In this document: positions 18,697 through 31,000 of the stretch, in pieces | Numbering within the stretch: the stretch's first letter is position 1 | How the letters are laid out: the number at the start of each line of letters is the position of its first letter | Translations under genes and position numbers: made by a program | Origin: a virus | Lineage: Duplodnaviria; Caudoviricetes | Reading direction: 5' to 3' (one strand) | IMG/VR virus record: IMGVR_UViG_3300028833_000073 | Span: 32,001-96,000 of that record | Length of the DNA: 64,000 nucleotides | Notes under the pieces: model-generated | Seen by the model: the letters and a program-made list of their open reading frames with translations, nothing else | What the model was told of the DNA's origin: nothing | Databases searched by the model: none

Positions 18697-19082
18697 CATA
18701 GATTGATAATTGCCATATCATCTATCTGACCTATACTAAGATATAGATGAGATGGGTTTTCAAAGATGTCATTCTTAAAATCCCATATACTGTTTGGCAA
18801 GTTATTAGTATTGATGATCTTAGCAATCTCTTCTTCTATAGAGTATTGTCCAGATACTATATTTATCAGAGCATTTTCAAAAGCCCTGTATAGATTCAAG
18901 AGATTACTATTCTTTTCACATCTTACGATTATAGCAAGTGGTTGTTCTTGAAAGAATGGATCTCTATATCCAATACATTCATTTATACAATGTAGAATAT
19001 AATCTCGATGATTCTTATCATTATATATATTGTCATACAACCATGTTCTAAGATAATGAATATATGGTGTATATACTGTCAT
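18696..19082 (-). CDS. hypothetical protein
   Basis: Overlaps the rusA stop (ATGA coupling). Confidence 0.65.
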   Translation of the reverse strand: MTVYTPYIHYLRTWLYDNIYNDKNHRDYILHCINECIGYRDPFFQEQPLAIIVRCEKNSNLLNLYRAFENALINIVSGQYSIEEEIAKIINTNNLPNSIWDFKNDIFENPSHLYLSIGQIDDMAIINL

Positions 19083-19819
19083 ACATTTACATCTCCTTGA
19101 ATCACATTTCCTTTGTTGTCATAGTAAGCAATAGGTTTATCTAGTCGCTTACTCATCTTCATGTACTGATTCCTATGATATAGTGCATTAAGGAATTTAA
19201 GAGTTATCTCCACTCTAGGTAGTATAGAGTAATACTTTCCTACTCTTCCTTCTATAACACACTCATCATCAATCCATACATTTCCGTTATACATATCACT
19301 ATACTTCTTACCTATGTTATCCCAATCAGGTTTTGCTATAGGTCTAATAAGACCTATCTCTGCTAAGAACTTATCTGTCGTATTAAAGTAAGATGGTGTC
19401 TTAAGGAATGCATAGTAGTCTACATCACATGCTGTATAGATAATAGATTCTAACTGATACAGTTCTTCTGTTGATACTAGTCTCTTCATATAGTTTCTAT
19501 CTTGAGCACCAGTAATAGAATATACGTGAACAAAGAAGCTATTGCTTACTGCTTCTTGTAATAAACTATGTCTATTTACTAATCTGAATCTAGGTCTAGG
19601 AGATCCTTCTGGTTCTTCGTATAGAATTATTCTATAGATAGAGTAGTACATATTAGATATCATATTGTCTTTCTTGCTTAGTATTTCTTTATATTTGGAT
19701 TCCTTTATAATGAATCTATCACACATCCAATTTAGTCTCTCATAGAAGTCTCTAGGAATATCTGAGTACTTAGCTTCATATTCTTCTGCTTTCTTTTTTC
19801 TGTTTTTCATCATTATCAC
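19079..19819 (-). CDS. rusA: RusA-family Holliday junction resolvase
   Basis: PRPRF; KPDWDNIGKKYSD...WIDDECV...KYYS..PRVEI matches RusA catalytic motifs. Confidence 0.85.
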   Translation of the reverse strand: MIMMKNRKKKAEEYEAKYSDIPRDFYERLNWMCDRFIIKESKYKEILSKKDNMISNMYYSIYRIILYEEPEGSPRPRFRLVNRHSLLQEAVSNSFFVHVYSITGAQDRNYMKRLVSTEELYQLESIIYTACDVDYYAFLKTPSYFNTTDKFLAEIGLIRPIAKPDWDNIGKKYSDMYNGNVWIDDECVIEGRVGKYYSILPRVEITLKFLNALYHRNQYMKMSKRLDKPIAYYDNKGNVIQGDVNV

Positions 19820-19864
19820 TCATTATCTATTATTTTATATAAGTGTGGCTATATATGTAAAATT

Positions 19865-21952
19865 CTAATGTCGCCACATTCCAGTTAAGACATTGGTTGC
19901 CCACTGGTCTATAGTATTCAAAGTCTGATTAATTACATTACTAGCCATATTAGTCTTAATATAGTACCAGGTAGTTATCATACGTCCTAAATCTGGTTCA
20001 TTTATATTAACGCCACACATGTTAGCTACATAGTCTAAGAGTCCTATATTAGACAAGATCTCAAATTCATTAGCACCTTCCTGAGTGACAGATAGAATCG
20101 AGTATAGATCCTTTATATCTAAGGAAATATCTACTGAACAGGCTAAACCATCTAGTGTCCAGTCACCTGCACCAGCACCTCTGGTTATATTAATACCAGT
20201 AACTAGTCCCATCTGACAATTAAAGAATCCTTTATAAAAAGCTCTTACTAAGAATGGAGCTATATATCCATTAGGACCAGATTGTTTAGGTAATACATAT
20301 GGAAGTAGATGTGCTATAGGAACCCATATAGTCCAAAACCAAGATAATGGATCTGGGTTAGGGCACCTAAGTTTTATATTGATTTGATATGATTTAGAGA
20401 AGAGTGAATCAGACCATATCTCTGGGAAGATAAGCTTACCACCTTGTACTACAGTAGCTAAGTTACCAGCTATCTTACTTAAGAAACTTCCTGATCCTAG
20501 TGCATCTTCTACCCATTTTTGGGCATTTTCTGCATTCATTTGAGCATTTTGTGGTATATTAGATAACGTATTGGTCGTTTTAGATCCAGTCATAGCTCCA
20601 GCAGAACCTAATAAGAACTGTATCTCTTTAGCAATATCCGACATACCATTTACTTTATCAGCTATAGAAGACCTCATAGTTTGATTAGACATATTGTCTG
20701 TTACCTGAGTATCGCTATTAATATAGAATGCAGCAGAATGTCTATAATTAAACTTCTTAGCTATTTCATCATTACCAAATTTCTCATATCTACCTTGAGC
20801 TAAAGTAGTATCATCAGTACCAGGAAAAAGATCTCCACCTATACCGAGGAATATAGCTGCATGACGACATAATGGATTTAGATACTTAGCATACTCATCC
20901 CATCTCTCTTCAAAGACATAGTATCTACCATTCTTTGTTAATACTTGATCTAGACTTCCACCGCCACCCATAGAAGATATAAAATTTTGCCAGAAATCTT
21001 TAACATCTTCTTCCTTCCATCCTGCTAAGAACTTAGGTTCTCCAGGACACATTATCATTAATGGCATTCTAGATACTACCCTATCAGCAAATATTCTTCC
21101 TAGTTTACTATCACCTTTCACCGGTCTATCTACAATATCCATAAACTGATATGGCATACCATGAATACCAAAAGTATCCTTAATTTGTAGATTAAGATTA
21201 GATGTGGAAGGTGAGTGACCTATAGCGTTTCCTTCAGCTCCATAGTAATTACCTACAGCCTCTTGAGCTTGATTCTCATCCATTGGTTTAGCTGCTTGAC
21301 CATGTTCATCTAACCTAGATGTAGATATCACCTTTCCATTACCATCAGTCTTAACAACCTTCTTTATCTTTTCACCATTTGCCATAACTTCTTTAGATTC
21401 TGTAATAGTCATATCTGGACTTTTCTCTGTTATAACTTTATTACCATTATCATCGTACTTCTCTGTCTTCTGATACTTTATTGAACCAGATGTATCATAA
21501 CGATACTGCTCAGTTATATCTCTATTCTTGCTATCTTGATAAGAGATCATCTTATTATATTCACCATTGCCTTTATTCTGGGTAGTAACATGCTTACGAG
21601 TACCATTAGCATCTGTATATGAGTAGCTATTCTCTTGACCTTCTTCAGGATAATCTTGTGAGTAGTCCTCTGAAGTTCTTTCTTCTTCTCCTTCATATGC
21701 TATGAATCTATCTACTACACTCATATCTTCTCTACTATGTCTTCTAGCTATTACATTAGCATCATTAGTAAACATCATCTTGCCGTCACTATCAAGAGTA
21801 TATACATATCCCTTAGATAGTTCCATCCAATTATCCTTTATATTCTTGCAAGAAACATAGTCTCCTTCCTTAACTATATTGATATTCTTTCCATGAACAC
21901 TAGGTTCATCTTTAACCCATATCGGATAACGTCCGATGTAATAATACATCAT
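19865..21952 (-). CDS. baseplate hub/tail-tube-cap-like virion protein with N-terminal SH3-like domain
   Basis: C-terminal FPEIWSDS..SKSY.I.IKL...PFLVRAF...WTLDGL...VDIS.DIKDL seen in jumbo-phage baseplate proteins; N-terminus resembles SH3b; start moved to ATG 21952; late promoter at 21968-21979. Confidence 0.55.
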   Translation of the reverse strand: MMYYYIGRYPIWVKDEPSVHGKNINIVKEGDYVSCKNIKDNWMELSKGYVYTLDSDGKMMFTNDANVIARRHSREDMSVVDRFIAYEGEEERTSEDYSQDYPEEGQENSYSYTDANGTRKHVTTQNKGNGEYNKMISYQDSKNRDITEQYRYDTSGSIKYQKTEKYDDNGNKVITEKSPDMTITESKEVMANGEKIKKVVKTDGNGKVISTSRLDEHGQAAKPMDENQAQEAVGNYYGAEGNAIGHSPSTSNLNLQIKDTFGIHGMPYQFMDIVDRPVKGDSKLGRIFADRVVSRMPLMIMCPGEPKFLAGWKEEDVKDFWQNFISSMGGGGSLDQVLTKNGRYYVFEERWDEYAKYLNPLCRHAAIFLGIGGDLFPGTDDTTLAQGRYEKFGNDEIAKKFNYRHSAAFYINSDTQVTDNMSNQTMRSSIADKVNGMSDIAKEIQFLLGSAGAMTGSKTTNTLSNIPQNAQMNAENAQKWVEDALGSGSFLSKIAGNLATVVQGGKLIFPEIWSDSLFSKSYQINIKLRCPNPDPLSWFWTIWVPIAHLLPYVLPKQSGPNGYIAPFLVRAFYKGFFNCQMGLVTGINITRGAGAGDWTLDGLACSVDISLDIKDLYSILSVTQEGANEFEILSNIGLLDYVANMCGVNINEPDLGRMITTWYYIKTNMASNVINQTLNTIDQWATNVLTGMWRH

Positions 21953-22011
21953 ATTTAACACCTGCCTTATCAAAAAGTTTAGGGAGTGCAAAATTGCACT
22001 CCCCATTGACT

Positions 22012-25000
22012 TTATCTAGATGCGACATTAAACAACGCAGCGGCCATCGCTTGTAAAGCATCAATATTAGCAGTCTCGTCTCCTCTATCTCTAGCACTTT
22101 TATTATTCGTTATCATGCTTATATTATTTCCTCCACGTACATTCACAGTATTATTGACAGTATTGTTCAAGTTACCACCAGTAAGAGCATTAGCTATAAT
22201 CTTCAAGTAATTTACACCTTCACGTAAGAGGCTTACTGCTTCTTCTTGACTTACAGCACCAGTAGGAGGAGAATCAATATTATCCTTAGCATTCTTTAAC
22301 TGAGTCTGATTAACAGTATCCATCTGAGTGATAGTTTCTTCAGTTTGCTTCTTGATATCTTCTAAAGTATCTTCCTTTTCAATATCTTTTACCTTAGCTC
22401 TATCTTCTTCTTGTTGTCTAATAATTGTAGGAATATTATCTTTCTTTTCAGGTTGTTCCTTCTTAAGATTCTCTAGCTGTTCTAGCTGATTAACTTGTTT
22501 ATTCTTCTTAAGATCACCACTAAATCCACCACCGACAGTATAGTCTGGTAGCTTATTCGTATCTATAGTAGGCTTAGATTCCTTCTTATTCTCTTCAATC
22601 CATTTCTTCTGAGTCTCTAGTTTCTTTTTCTTAACCTCATCATTATCATCCTTAGTAATTAGAGCTTCTTTAGGACCTTTGTATGCTTTAATATTACCTA
22701 GCTCATCTAGTTCATTCTCATTCTTTACTATTCCACTCTCTACACCAAAGTTCTTGAATAGATTATTTACCTCATCTTGTATCTTCTTAAGCAGAGCGTT
22801 GAATGCATCAATAGGATTCTTATTCTTCTTATCTTCCTTCTTACAATACTTATCCATCTTAGACAATGTAGCTATTGCTGATTCTCTTGTCTCTCCCTTA
22901 TCCATAAGAGCTAGTATTTCTTTCTCTTCATAGTGCTTTCCATTAGGAGCTACCTCAGGTGCTAAACCTTTTTCCTTCAACTTAACTGCATCTTCTACTT
23001 CTCCTTCAATCTTGTTGTTAGGTTGCTTCACATTCTCTTTAGTCTTATCTTCTTCAAAGGGATCTACACCACCAGTTGTCCAACGATCAACCGGTAACAT
23101 ACCGCCCTTCTTCCATAGCTCTGCATCTACTACAAAGTGTGCCCATGTTCTATTTAATCCAAATTCTCTATATCCAAGTGCTTGTTGTGTAGCCTGATTA
23201 AGTACAGTATCATCTGTAGGAATACCATTAAACCCAACTGCTTTAGCAACTTCATCAAGAGTAGCTGCTCCCTTAATATAAAGCCTTGCTGTAGGACTAG
23301 CTTTACTAGCATCATTGAAGTATTCTCCACCTTTAAAGGTATCTATCTTAGCTTGAGTAATATCTCCAACTTTAGTATCTCTCTTCATACTATCTTCGAT
23401 AAATGCATTAGCCTTCCAATCAACCTTCTTAGTCTCTTCCTTAAATGGATTCGTTCTTATCTTCTCATCTCTAGTAGGTACATGAATCTCTTCTTTCTTT
23501 GTAGACTCTTCTACTTTACTCTTAGCAGGTTCTGGCTTAGGAATAGGTTTCTCTGGAATATCTTGTGCCTTCTCAATAGGCTTCTTAAGTTCTTCAAATG
23601 GATCTACACCACCAGTTAACCAACGATCAACTGGTAACATACCACCTTTCTTCCATAGCTCTGCATCCACTACAAAATGTGCCCATGTTCTAACAGGACT
23701 ATATTCTCTATATCCAAGTGCTTGCTGTACAGACTGATTAAGCTTAGTACTATCTGAAGGAATACCACTAAATCCAACTGCTTTAGCAACTTCATCAAGA
23801 GTAGCTGCTCCCTTAATATACAATCTTGATGTAGAACTAACTTTACTAGCATCATTATAATACTCTCCGCCTTTAAACTTTTCTGCCTTAGCCTGAGTAA
23901 TTCCTAATAGTGAAGTATCTCTAGAAGCATTGTCCTTAATAAATGCATTAGCTTTCCAATCAACTTTATTAGATTCTTCCTTAAATGGATTAGTTCTTAT
24001 CTTCTCATCTCTTGTAGGTACATGAACATCTTTAAAGGTATCATGAGCTGTTTCTATCATTTTCGGCTTTGGTTCTTCTATCTTCTTCTTTTCCTCTTCT
24101 ACTACCTTAACTCTTTCTTGTACTTGTTTACCTCTCTTTTGCATTAGTCTTTCTTGTAGTGATCTTCTATCTTCTTCTTTAGGTTTCTCAATAGATGGAG
24201 TCTCTGGTTTAGGAATAGGTTTCTCTTGAATATCTTGTGGTTTCTCAATAGGTTTCTTATCTTCTTTTATCTTAGCTCTTTCTTGTACTTGTTTAGCTCT
24301 CTCTTGTAACATCTCTTGTTGTGGGCTAGGTTTACCCTGTTGTGGTTTAGCTTCAGGAGTAATAGGCTTATCACCCATATTAGGATTAAATCCACTCTTA
24401 TTTCTATACCATTCATCAAAAGATTCTTGAGACTTAGGTAATGCCATGAATTTATCATAAGGAACACTATATGTCATAGTACCATCAGAACTACGAATAC
24501 TTACTTTCTCTATATCAGCATTAGCACCAACTGAAGCTATAATTTGATTAATCTGATCAATATAAGCACTAGGATCATTAGTCTCAGGATAAGCTACAAA
24601 CATTCTTCCTTCTTTGTGTCCAGTTCTTGACTGTCTTATAGCTTTCATTCCAGCTTTAGTAATATCTGCACTTATCTTTCCAATACCACTTGCTGACCAA
24701 TCTGACAAGTTATGAATATTAACATTTACACCCTTAGAACCTTTACCATATTTAGTCTTACCACTACCTTCTCCTTGAAGAGCTTGTGCTTCTTCTAGAG
24801 CTTGCTGAGGAGTTATTTCTCCTGAAGCAATTCTGTCATTGAGAGCTTTTGCTCTTTCAAAAGGAAGTTGTGCTAGTGATATAATATCGAAATATCCAGC
24901 AAAATCTAAAATATTAGCCAATGCAGGGAAGTTTTCAGTAATATAATTTGAAGCTTTCTCATATGCTTCATTTCCAAGAACTGTTTTTCCTAACCATTTA

Positions 25001-28000
25001 AGACCATCTTTTTTAATCCCTTTACCATATTTAATCTTACCACTACCAATACCCATGTATTGCATATTAGCCATAGGATTACCATCAGGATTCTCATATG
25101 CGTATTTAGCGCAAGCTTCTAATATAAACACAAAAGGATTACTAATCAAATCTGCTACATCCATAGCACCTGCGCAGAAACTAGCAAAGTCTTCACTAAA
25201 TCCAAGATCAACTAGAATATCATATAAATTCCATCCTGCATATTTCTCTGCACCTTTTCCACCTAACTTAGTAGCTACATATTTCGCAATAGTAGTAACT
25301 GCACCCATACCATATCTAGAACCTAGTCCCAAATTAGGTATAAATACTTTTCTTCTCATTTCATTCAATTGATCAGGAGTAAATATAGCTTTAGGCTTAT
25401 TCTCTGGGAATGTTCCAGGAGTTCTAGGAATTCTATCAATATCAATCTTAGGAACAGCAGGTTTAGGCTTATTCTCTGGGAATGTTCCAGGAGTTCTAGG
25501 AATTCTATCAACATCAATCTTAGGAACATCAGGTTTAGGCATTTCAACAGGTTTAACAACTTCAGTAGGAATATTAGGTTTAGGCATTTCAACAGGTTTA
25601 GTAACTTCAATAGGAGTATTAGGCATCTTAGGAGCTATATCATCTTTCTTAGGAACAACTACATCTGGTTTATCTATCTTAGTTTCTGCAAATGGATCTA
25701 CACCACCAGTCATCCAACGATCAACTGGTAACATACCTCCACGCTTCCACATATAAGAATCTACTAAGAAGTGTTGCCATGTTCTAACAGGACTATATTC
25801 TCTATATCCAAGTGCTTGTTGTGCTGCCTGATTCAAAGGCATACTAGGATCAGGTTCTCTATTAAATCCAACTGCTTTAGCTACATCTTCTAATGTACCT
25901 ACACCTTTAATATACTCTCTGACTACATTTGATGCTTTACTAGAATCATTATAGTATTCTCCACCTTGGAATGTATCTATCTTAGCTTGAGTAATACCAA
26001 GTAATGAAGTATCTCTACTACGGATATCTTTAATGAAGTCATTCTCTTTCCACTCATCATATTCTACTTTATCTGCTATTGGCTCCATTAGCTTCTGTGG
26101 AGTTGTTTGTTTAAATGGATATGCGATAGCATCTCTTACTTTAATCCAGAAATCATCTAACCATCCAAAGATTCCACTTCTTCTCTTCTTCCATCTACGT
26201 TGTTTCTCTAGCTTCTGTAGTATTATCTCATCTGAATCTGTAGGTTTACATCTATACTTATCGGGTCCATTGTATCCTTTAATATCTCCATTAGGATCAA
26301 ACTGTACATTCTTCCATGGATCACTAGCCATTCCATATTTAGTCTTACCACTACCTGTACCAGATAATGAGTATTCCCAAGGATTCATTCCAGATTTTTT
26401 AGTACAACCAGCATCAGGATGAATACCGTAATGTAAATGATCTCCAAATGAATGACCTGTATTGTCTGCCGTAGCAACTTGATCTCCAGCTTTTACTGTT
26501 TGACCAGGCTTTACTGTAGGAGCTGCATTGTGGGCAAACATATGATAGTTCCCTTTAGCATCCTTGATTATAACAAAGTGTCCATAACCTGCACCATAGC
26601 CTTCAGTACATGTATCATCAACAACACCGTTTACAGGTGTATATATAGGATCTCCGCTTCCATAAGCTAAGTCAACACCACCATGGAAATCTTCTGCACC
26701 ATTTAATGTTCTAGGTCCATAATCTGACGTTATTCCTTCATCCTTAGTAAAGTTATGATATTTCAACAATGCATCTACTGGGTTATCTCCTACTGGAGCT
26801 CCAGCATTAGGTCCTTGCGCTGCTTCTGCGCCTGCACTTGCTGCTGTCTGAGAACCATTAGAATTAGTATTTCCTGCATTAGGCTTAGGTACCGTTAGTA
26901 ATCCGAGTGCTTTTGCTTTAATCAATAGATCTTTAGCATATGGGTCAGTAGTCCAGAACTTAGCCAATGTTTGACCAATTAATCCACCACCAAATAGGCT
27001 ACCCATATCTCCTAAATCAGCACTAATAGATGTAGCATCGCCAGAACCAATAGCTACTGCTGCTCCAGGTCCTGCGCTATCTACAATCTTAGTAGGTGTC
27101 TTATCTCCTGTAGAATATTTACTATAGTACTCTTCAGCTTTAGGTATTCTTCTTGTATATAGATGATTAACCTCTGGATTCTCATTAGGTCTTTCTACTC
27201 TCTTCATAAATACTTCTGTAGCTGATTTTACATCAGGTCCATCTAACTGATCTAGCAATGCTTGTACTGAAGATTTGCCTAGAGTTATATCTTTTTCATG
27301 ATGTAAGAATTCATTACCAAGATAATCTATTTGTGTTTGATAACTACCTGTAGAACCTCCAACTTGTCCTGCATATTCTTTCAATCTGTCACGTCTTGAA
27401 TCACCTGCTCCAGCAGACCATTGATGCAGCCCATATCCTTTATCTTTTCCACCAGGGAATCCTGCTTCTTCTACTGCTTCTAGAGTATCATAGTGCTTCT
27501 CATTGCCTTCCCATGCACCAGGATCTAAGGAAGATTCAGCATCAAAGTTACCCATAAGAGCTGCCGTAGCATTCTCTGACCAACCTTTACTTCTGATATA
27601 TTTCCAAAGTTCTCCTGGATCCATTGAAGTTATAGCATCACCACTACCCTTACCATATTTAGACTTAGCTTTCTCTAAAACTTCATCAAATCTATGCTTT
27701 CTATCAAATAGCTCTCTCACATTAACTGGCATCTTCTGTAGCTGTTCATCATCTACTTCTGTCTTAACTCCTCTAGATTGTTGTAGCAATCTATCTTTTA
27801 CTGTAGCAATTTCTTTGATATTTATATGCCTTGCTATCTCTTTATCAGCCATAGATCTCTTTTCAGGTTTAATACTAGCTAGTGTAGTTCCAATATCAGT
27901 CTGAATAGAATTCATAGTTTTATATTCTTTAGGCTGTTGCTCATACCATTTCTTTTGTGCTTCAATTTTAGCTTTCTGTGCAGTTATAGTATCTTTAGTG

Positions 28001-31000
28001 GGATCCAATCTATTGTAATCAGGACCATTATAAGACCCAAGATCTTGCATAGTATTTCCAGTCTGATTTTGATTTTTAATCCATTTAAGCTGTGATTGTC
28101 TCTTAGCTTCTTTTACTGCTGGTGAATCATTATCCTCATCAATCTTATTGTAATCAGGACCATTATAACCTTCAATATTAGAACCTTTACCAAATTTACT
28201 CTTTCCACTACCTTTACCCTTCATAGACATTGGATCTTTAGTACCTGGCTGCTTCATAGACATTGGATCTTTAGTACCAGGCACATTATCCTTTAATCCA
28301 GCACTAGGAGTACATGCTTTAGCTTTATTCACAATATCATCTATCTGGTTGAATATTCCAGGTCCAGGACAATCTGTGTTATTATATTCTTTATGACCTT
28401 TTACTGTCTTCCTACTTACATCAAATCCATACTTAGTAGCTACATCCTTAATGAGCTGATACAAAGACTTAAGCTGTTCTGCTGTAGGTTTAACATCCTC
28501 TACGAAAGTACCTGATAAGTGAATACCAATACTATCACTATTATGACCTTGACAATGAGATCCTACTGTATCAATAGGTCTTCCTTCTTCTATTGTACCA
28601 TTCTTTCTGATTACAAAGTGATATCCGATACCTGCCCATCCATTACCTAGATGCCATTTATGTATCTCATCTGCTCCAACATCTCTATCATCTTTAGCAC
28701 TATTACCTGCTCCAGTATGATGTAGAATAATCTGTTTAGTCTCTTTTCTATTCTCTAATCCACTAGCCCACTTATATTCTTTATGAACTACATTTGCTAA
28801 TCCACTTCCTCCACCAGGCTTTACATCTCCAGCAGGTGTAACAGGTTTGGCATCTGAGGGGTTTCCTCCACCAATATTACCACCAAAGAGATTAGCATGG
28901 ATAATGGCAAGTGGTCCAAATGCACTAGCTAACATCTTTCCTACTACGCCACCGCCAAACTGATCCATGATACCTCCACCGCCACTACTAGTGGAAGTAG
29001 AAGTCTTATCAGAACCAGTTTTAACGTCAGCAATATCAGTAGATTGTTTAGTACCAGGTTTATACCCTTTTAACTTAGGTAGATCATCTTTATAGTCTCT
29101 TAAATGTGCACTCAATCCAGAAGCATAATTTGCTTGATCTCCAGCATAATATCCATTCTCTTTAAGTATTCTAGCAAAGTCTTCAGGATTATCAGCATTA
29201 GCAATATCAGATTGATACCGTTTATATACATTATTGAAAGCTCTTTGAGCATATTCTTCATCAGAATTAAATCTAGCATAATATCCACCTTCAGGACGAG
29301 GAACACCTTTATGGTCTTCACCCATTCCTTCATACCAAGTGAATCCACCATAGTTATGATCATCAGCACCAATCTTAGGAATAACAATACTCTCCATATC
29401 ACTTAGATACTTATTAGGACCACCAGTTTCATGCATCAATTGTGCCCAGAATAATTCAGGATGCTCACTTCCTACTAGCTTAGTAATATCTACTGCAATC
29501 TGTGCAAATGGAGGATCGCTATCTGTTGCAGGAGTACCCATACCATATTTAACTTTACTAGAACCTTTGCCTAGGAATGCAGCTCTTCTCATCTCAGTAA
29601 GTCTTCTAGATCTCTCTGCATTAGTCTCTATCTGTTGCTTTCCTTCAGATGTAATATTGAATCCTACACTACTCTTATTAAGAACTTGGTTAGCATTATA
29701 TAGAACATTACTTCTTCTCTCTTCAGGATCTTGGACTACTATGTCTCCACTCTTAGTAACTCCAGTAGCAGTTACATAGTGTGGGTTAGGTCCAAATGGA
29801 GTAGATTGACTTGTTCTATCATCAGTACCCATTAGAATAGTAGGTTTACCATGCTTAAGATTATCAAGTATATCACTCTTATTACTCGTCTGATCTGCAC
29901 TCAATCCAGCATCAGATGCCATTCTCTTAAAGTAATTAAACTTAGTACCACCATCAGTCTCTAACTCTTCATCCTTAACACTCTTTACCATAGATAATGG
30001 ATCTACTCTCTGTCCAGTTGCACCGGTGATAGCAGATGCCATAGCCATAGGACCACAAGCACGTTCTCCAATAGTCATCTTCTCTGTGTCAGAATCTTTA
30101 TTGAACTGAATATCTTTAATAGATGGATCTAACTGAGAGTAGTTAGCACCAATATTAGCAGCCATATATCTATTCTGTACTTCTTTCTTAGCATTGATTA
30201 CTGTTAAGCTATCATTCTCTTCATCAATCTTATTGAACTCAGGACCATTATAACCCTCTAAATCAGAACCTTTACCATACTTAGCTCTAATGAATCTATC
30301 AGTTTCTGGTCTACCATTCTCAAACGTATAAGTTCTATTAGGATCTACTCTATAAGAATTCCTTATCTTAGGATCTTTCTCTTTTCCTGAACCAGTACCA
30401 TCTTCTGGTACATAATCTGTGAGTTGCTCATTCTGTGCAACATCTTTAAGCTCTACATTTATTTCTCCTCTAATAATCTGATTAACTTTCTGACTTAGTA
30501 TCTTACCACTATTGACTCTATTAATCAAATATGCCTTATCATAATCACTCAGATTCTCAGATTCTTTAATCTCTTTGATAGCGTTTTGCTTAACTTCTTC
30601 TTTAGAAGCATTGATTTTCGCCAAGTCTTCATCTGTTCTATAAGTACTGTCAACTTGCTTTCTAAACTTTTGCTGTTCATCTGGAGGTAATTCATTATAT
30701 AATTTATCTAGTTCTCTCTTCTTCTTATCTCTTTCAGCTTGAGCTGCATTGGCTGCTTTAAGAGCTTCTAATTGTTCATGAGCTTTCTTAGCTTCTGCTA
30801 TTCTTTCTTCTGGAGTCTTCTTATAATCTTCTATCTTCTTCTTTACGTCACCAGCATCAGTACTTTCTATTTTAGACTTTTGATCTGTTTCATCCCACCA
30901 CTTAAAGAAGTTACTTACCTTATTCTTCAATCCACCTAAAGTATCTAGAATACTACTATTACCATCAAATACTTTACTAGCAATATATCCAAAAATCTTT

